64,000 nucleotides of DNA from an uncultured Candidatus Saccharibacteria bacterium. GTDB lineage: Bacteria; Patescibacteriota; Minisyncoccia; Minisyncoccales; GWA2-38-27. The notes beneath the pieces are model-generated. The model saw nothing but the letters and a program-made list of their open reading frames with translations. It made no database searches and had not been told where the DNA came from. The DNA is taken from positions 2,267-66,266 of the forward strand of contig CAYLWZ010000003.1 in the NCBI GenBank assembly GCA_964387825.1, given 5' to 3'. A program made the position numbers and the translations under genes. This document shows positions 59,970-64,000 of this stretch, in pieces. Position 1 is the first letter of the stretch, and every line of letters starts with the position of its first letter.

Positions 59970-62447
59970 ATGAATTTTGAGCCTGACCAAATCTTCCTAT
60001 TGGTTACTTTTCTTTTATCTGTAGGAATTATTGCTTTAGCCGGCTGGTTTCTAATCCGCTTTTTGCGTGGGAAAGGGAAAATTTCCAGAGCTCTTAATAT
60101 GAGCTTGTTTTTAGTTACCCTGCCTAAGAAGGTAAAAAAAGGAGAAGGCGAAGCGCCTAAATCTGAAAAGGAAATTATCTCAATAATGGAGCAACTCTAT
60201 GCCAGTTTAAGTAATATTAAAGAAGGCAAAAATATCTTCATTTACGGCCGTCCCTATTTGGTTTTTGAGATAGCCACTCCCCAAAATGGCCAAGAAATAT
60301 CTTTTTATATATCTGTTCCTCGGGACCACGAAGATGTTGTTGAAAAACAAATCCATGGTTTTTATCCCGAGGCCTTGATTGAGAGAGCCGAGGATTATAA
60401 TATTTTTAATCCTCAAGGGCCGGCAGCCGGCGCTTATTTGAAATTAGTCAGAGACCCTGTTTTGCCCTTTAAAACCTATCAGAATTTAGAAAGCGACCCC
60501 CTTAACGGAATTACTAACGCTTTGAGCAAATTGGAAGAAAAAGGAGAAGGAGCGGCTATTCAGATTGTTTTTAGTCCCAATCTAACAGAATGGCAGAAAT
60601 CAGCCCTGGACATCGCCAAAGAAATACAGGAAGGAAAAAATTATTCTCAGGCCAAATCAGCGGCTGGGGGCAATTGGTTTTTTCGTTTAATTAAAGAGTT
60701 GAGCCAAGGCGTTGGTTCGTCTTCAAAAAGTCAGCAATTGTCCGAGCAAAAACAGCCAATTATCACTCCGGGACAGGAAGAAATCGTTAAGAGTTTAGAG
60801 GGAAAAGCCGCTAAAGTCGGATTTGACGTCAATTTAAGATTATTGGTTTCGGCCGGAAATAAGTTGAGGGCCGAACAGATACTTAGCCATTTAGAAGCGG
60901 CTTTTGTCCAGTTTAACGCTCCTCGTTTAAATCAGTTAAAATCAATTCGCCTGAAAGAGAAACGGGCTTTGAAAAAACTTATTTATAATTTTTCTTTTCG
61001 GCTCTTTAACAGAAAAGAGAAAATGCTTTTGAATACCGAAGAATTGACAAGTTTATTTCATTTCCCGACCGCCAATATTGAAACGCCTAAAATTAAATTT
61101 CTCAGAGCCGAGTCGGCTCCTCCGCCAGCCGATTTGCCGAAAGAGGGTATAATTTTAGGCAGGAGTTTTTACAGGGGAATAGAAACAATAGTTCGCATTC
61201 AGAAGAACGATAGGCGCCGCCATCTTTATGTCATCGGCCAAACCGGGACGGGCAAGTCCGCTTTTTTACGCAACATGATTATTCAAGACATTAGAAACGG
61301 AGAAGGCGTCGGTCTTTTAGACCCTCACGGAGATTTGGTTGAAGGAATTCTCGGTTTGATTCCAAAGGAGCGGTTTGAGGACGTGGTTGTTCTTGACCCG
61401 GCTAATTTAGAACGGCCGCTTGGCTTAAATATGCTGGAATACGACCCTAAATATCCGGAACAGAAAACGTTTGCCGTCAATGAACTGATGAATATTTTTA
61501 ATAAAATTTATGATTTAAAACAAACAGGAGGACCGATGTTTGAGCAATATACCCGTAACGCCCTTTTGCTTTTAATGGATGATCCGGCGGAAAAATTTAC
61601 TTTAATGGAAGTGCCAAAAGTTTTGGCGGATAAAGAATTCCGCGTTCATCTTTTGGCTAAATGCCAGAATATTGTCGTCAAAGATTTCTGGGAAAAAGAA
61701 GCGGAAAAAGCCGGCGGCGAGGCGGCTTTGGCCAATATAGTTCCTTATATCACTTCCAAATTCAATGTTTTTATTGCTAATGATTATATGAGGCCGATTA
61801 TCGGGCAGTCGGAGAGTTCTGTTAATTTCCGCAAGATTATTGATGAACGGAAAATTCTTTTGATTAATCTAAGCAAAGGCCGTTTGGGCGATATAAACAG
61901 CTCTTTGCTTGGTTTGATTGTAACCTGCAAGCTGTTGATGGCCGCTTTTTCTCGGATTGATATGCCCGAAGAAGAACGCCAGGATTTTTACCTTTATATG
62001 GACGAATTTCAAAATTTCGCCACTGACAGTATTGCCACTATTCTTTCCGAAGCCCGAAAATACCGGCTTTGCTTGACCATTGCCCATCAATTTATTGGCC
62101 AGTTGGATGATAAAATCCGCGGCGCGGTTTTTGGCAACGTCGGTTCAATAACCAGTTTCCGGGTCGGAGCCGAAGATGCCGAATCTCTGGCTAAGCAATT
62201 TTCTCCTGTTTTTGATGTTCAGGACTTGATTAACATTGATAATTTTAACGCTCATATTAAATTGATGATTAACAATAAAACCTCCAGGCCTTTTAATTTT
62301 TCCACTTATCTTCCGGATAAAGAGGATTTGGCTATTGCCCGGGCAACCAAAGAGCTTTCTCAGTTGAAATACGGCCGGGATAAAAATCTGGTAGAAAAAG
62401 AAATTTCCGAGCGTTGGCAGACCGCTGCTTTTAGAAAATTTAATTAG
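59970..62447 (+). CDS. VirD4/TraD-like type IV secretion coupling ATPase (FtsK/HerA superfamily)
   Basis: N-terminal TM helix, Walker A VIGQTGTGKSAF, Walker B FYLYMDEFQNF, TIAHQ sensor-like motif. About 825 aa, as for T4CPs with an extra N-domain. Confidence 0.6.
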   Translation: MNFEPDQIFLLVTFLLSVGIIALAGWFLIRFLRGKGKISRALNMSLFLVTLPKKVKKGEGEAPKSEKEIISIMEQLYASLSNIKEGKNIFIYGRPYLVFEIATPQNGQEISFYISVPRDHEDVVEKQIHGFYPEALIERAEDYNIFNPQGPAAGAYLKLVRDPVLPFKTYQNLESDPLNGITNALSKLEEKGEGAAIQIVFSPNLTEWQKSALDIAKEIQEGKNYSQAKSAAGGNWFFRLIKELSQGVGSSSKSQQLSEQKQPIITPGQEEIVKSLEGKAAKVGFDVNLRLLVSAGNKLRAEQILSHLEAAFVQFNAPRLNQLKSIRLKEKRALKKLIYNFSFRLFNRKEKMLLNTEELTSLFHFPTANIETPKIKFLRAESAPPPADLPKEGIILGRSFYRGIETIVRIQKNDRRRHLYVIGQTGTGKSAFLRNMIIQDIRNGEGVGLLDPHGDLVEGILGLIPKERFEDVVVLDPANLERPLGLNMLEYDPKYPEQKTFAVNELMNIFNKIYDLKQTGGPMFEQYTRNALLLLMDDPAEKFTLMEVPKVLADKEFRVHLLAKCQNIVVKDFWEKEAEKAGGEAALANIVPYITSKFNVFIANDYMRPIIGQSESSVNFRKIIDERKILLINLSKGRLGDINSSLLGLIVTCKLLMAAFSRIDMPEEERQDFYLYMDEFQNFATDSIATILSEARKYRLCLTIAHQFIGQLDDKIRGAVFGNVGSITSFRVGAEDAESLAKQFSPVFDVQDLINIDNFNAHIKLMINNKTSRPFNFSTYLPDKEDLAIARATKELSQLKYGRDKNLVEKEISERWQTAAFRKFN

Positions 62448-62470
62448 GCGTCCGGAAAAATATTAGCAGG

Positions 62471-62527
62471 AAAAATGGTGTCAGGTCTGAATTTTTTTTC
62501 CCATTTTTCATCCGACACCATTTTTTT
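62471..62527. terminator. Palindromic repeat family D copy acting as terminator of the coupling-protein gene
   Basis: aaaaatggtgtc...gacaccattttttt. Same arm sequence as 41427/41481, with a half-site at 48857-48880. Confidence 0.6.
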
Positions 62528-62592
62528 AAAAGGGTAAGCGTAAAAACGTTTTGCCCTTTTCTTTTTTTAAAATTTTTGCTAATATTAAGTTA

Positions 62593-63012
62593 ATGAAAAA
62601 AACATTTCCAATTATTTTTTTCTTTTTTTTGTTTTCTTTTTTATTGCCGTCTCTCATTAAAGCCGATGGGCTTGTTCCTTGTGATATTTCGGGTCCAAAC
62701 GCCTGCACATTTTGTGATTTTTTTGTGATGATAGACAGAATTATTGATTTTCTTTTAATCAAGATTGTCCCGGCTTTAGCCGCTTTGATGATAGCAATCG
62801 GAGGACTTATTTATATTTTTTCCCGGTCTGACCCGAAAATGCTTTCCTGGGCTAAAGATTTGTTTACCTCGGTAGTTTACGGTCTTTTAATAATTTATGG
62901 CGCTTTCGTTATCATCGGACTATTTTTCTGGTTTATTGGCTTAAATACTTGGACCAATGATATTTATCATAATTGGTGGGAGAACGGAATTTTTGAAATT
63001 AACTGTCATTAG
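62593..63012 (+). CDS. Small T4SS-pilin-like (TrbC/VirB2-type) protein
   Basis: Start moved to MKKTFPIIFF (signal peptide ..LIKADG). Two hydrophobic helices around the SRSDPKM loop (IVPALAALMIAIGGLIYIFSRSDPKMLSWAKDLFTSVVYGLLIIYGAFVIIGL). Confidence 0.55.
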   Translation: MKKTFPIIFFFFLFSFLLPSLIKADGLVPCDISGPNACTFCDFFVMIDRIIDFLLIKIVPALAALMIAIGGLIYIFSRSDPKMLSWAKDLFTSVVYGLLIIYGAFVIIGLFFWFIGLNTWTNDIYHNWWENGIFEINCH

Positions 63013-63038
63013 ACTGTAGAATTCTAATTATGAATAAC

Positions 63039-63112
63039 GCCCCTATAGCTCAATTGGTAGTAGCATATCTCTCTTAAAGATAAGGTTCCAGGTCCGAGTC
63101 CTGGTGGGGGCA
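63039..63112 (+). tRNA. tRNA-Lys (anticodon CUU), no encoded CCA
   Basis: Manual fold: acceptor gccccta/tgggggc (one G-U), D arm gctc-aattggtag-tagc, anticodon stem tatct/agata with loop cuCUUaa, variable aggtt, T arm ccagg-tccgagt-cctgg, discriminator A. Confidence 0.85.
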
Positions 63113-63119
63113 CATTGCT

Positions 63120-63251
63120 AATTTTGAATTTTGAATGAATTTTTAATAATCCAATAACTTAATTCTGAAACAGCTTCATTCTATTTATTAGTTTATTCAA
63201 GATTCTGTCATTATAAATTGGTTCAAAATTCAAAATTCAAAATTCAAAATT
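63120..63251. repeat. Inverted heptamer arrays (aattttg x2 / caaaatt x4) enclosing ~86 nt just downstream of tRNA-Lys
   Basis: aattttgaattttgaa (63120-63135) is the exact reverse complement of ttcaaaattcaaaatt within 63222-63251. Confidence 0.7.
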
Positions 63252-63260
63252 AATTTTATT

Positions 63261-63437
63261 ATGTTAGCCAAAGAAGAAAAAACAAAAGCTGTTCAGAAAA
63301 TTCAAGACGATATTTTTAGGAAAATGTCTGCTGAAAAAAAAATTAGATTAGTTTCGGATTTTTCTTCGTTTTGTTTAAAATTAAATCAGTATGGAAATAG
63401 AAAACCTTTTAATAAAAGTAGCAAGCATTTTACGTAA
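63261..63437 (+). CDS. Possible 58-aa protein upstream of / overlapping the nucleotidyltransferase gene
   Basis: MLAKEEKTKAVQKIQDDIFRKMSAEKKIRLVSDFSSFCLKLNQ..; 47-nt overlap with the next ORF. Could be a partner (antitoxin-like) gene or a chance ORF. Confidence 0.3.
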   Translation: MLAKEEKTKAVQKIQDDIFRKMSAEKKIRLVSDFSSFCLKLNQYGNRKPFNKSSKHFT

Positions 63438-63945
63438 ATTTGATATTCCTTACTTGATTACCGGCGGCATTGCCGTGACAGTTTGGGGAAGACCAAGGGC
63501 CACATTTGACATTGACATTGTTGTTGAATTAAAAAAAGCAAATATTCTTCCTTTATTAAAATCTTTAAGGGCTTTTTCTAAAGCCGGTTATGTGAACGAA
63601 GAGGCGGCGAAACAGGCCCTGAAAGAGAAAGGAGAGTTCAATTTTATTCATCCTGACACCGGTCTGAAAGTGGACTTTTGGGTAAAAAAGGATACAATTT
63701 TTTCAGAAGAGGAGTTTAAAAGAAAGATTGCTAAAAAAATTAAGGAAGAGAAAATTTACTTTATTTCCCCGGAAGACCTGATATTAGAGAAACTTTTGTG
63801 GTATAAACAAAGCTTTTCTACCCGCCAGTTAGAGGATATTGAATCGGTTTTGAGAATTTCCAAAGTTGATTTGAAATATATTGAGAAATGGACTAAAAGA
63901 CAGTCAACATTTAGTATTTTTAAAAAATTAAAAATTAAAAATTAA
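63391..63945 (+). CDS. Nucleotidyltransferase-fold protein (minimal NTase / AbiEii-like family)
   Basis: G[GS]-x(9-13)-DxD pattern: ITGGIAVTVWGRPRATFDIDIVV. Confidence 0.55.
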   Translation: MEIENLLIKVASILRKFDIPYLITGGIAVTVWGRPRATFDIDIVVELKKANILPLLKSLRAFSKAGYVNEEAAKQALKEKGEFNFIHPDTGLKVDFWVKKDTIFSEEEFKRKIAKKIKEEKIYFISPEDLILEKLLWYKQSFSTRQLEDIESVLRISKVDLKYIEKWTKRQSTFSIFKKLKIKN

Positions 63946-64000
63946 AAGTTAAATATTTTCGGAGGTGCGGCCTCGGAAAGTTGACAAAATTAAAATTATG

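Overview
This is a visibly AT-rich bacterial chromosomal segment. Its gene content (small housekeeping genes, a lamin-tail-domain surface protein, T4SS-type pilin-domain proteins, almost no metabolism) resembles a Candidate Phyla Radiation / Patescibacteria genome; that placement is inference only.

Core genes: the window spans the replication-origin neighbourhood, with jag-yidC-yidD-rnpA-rpmH on the minus strand facing dnaA-dnaN on the plus strand. Other housekeeping genes are a GspE/PilB-like ATPase, ruvB, yebC, ruvC, tyrS, a class A PBP, rsmA, a LysM-M23 peptidase, comM and one tRNA-Lys.

Type IV secretion / conjugative-pilus-like modules (three, dispersed):
- a PrgI-like gene plus a VirB4-like ATPase whose P-loop is interrupted by a 665-aa LAGLIDADG intein;
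- a minus-strand operon of giant Cys-rich proteins with N-terminal T4SS-pilin-like domains plus a VirB6-like polytopic protein;
- a VirD4/TraD-like coupling ATPase plus a small pilin.

Accessory stretch (roughly 37.6-51.7 kb): HicAB, two MazG-like genes, a P-loop kinase/GHMP-like operon, an amino-sugar module, a radical SAM/SPASM enzyme translationally coupled to an unannotated 36-aa peptide (candidate RiPP locus), and a GNAT(Mom-like)+CYTH two-gene cassette bracketed by ~155-bp direct repeats.

Non-coding DNA is unusually structured. It contains several palindromic hairpin repeat families, long-range inverted repeats enclosing 60-130 nt, and many 7-8-nt tandem arrays, two of them inside essential genes. 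GC-rich mini-insertions stay in frame inside rsmA and another ORF.

No rRNA, CRISPR array, transposase or integrase was recognised. All calls rest on reading motifs by eye; no database search was possible.
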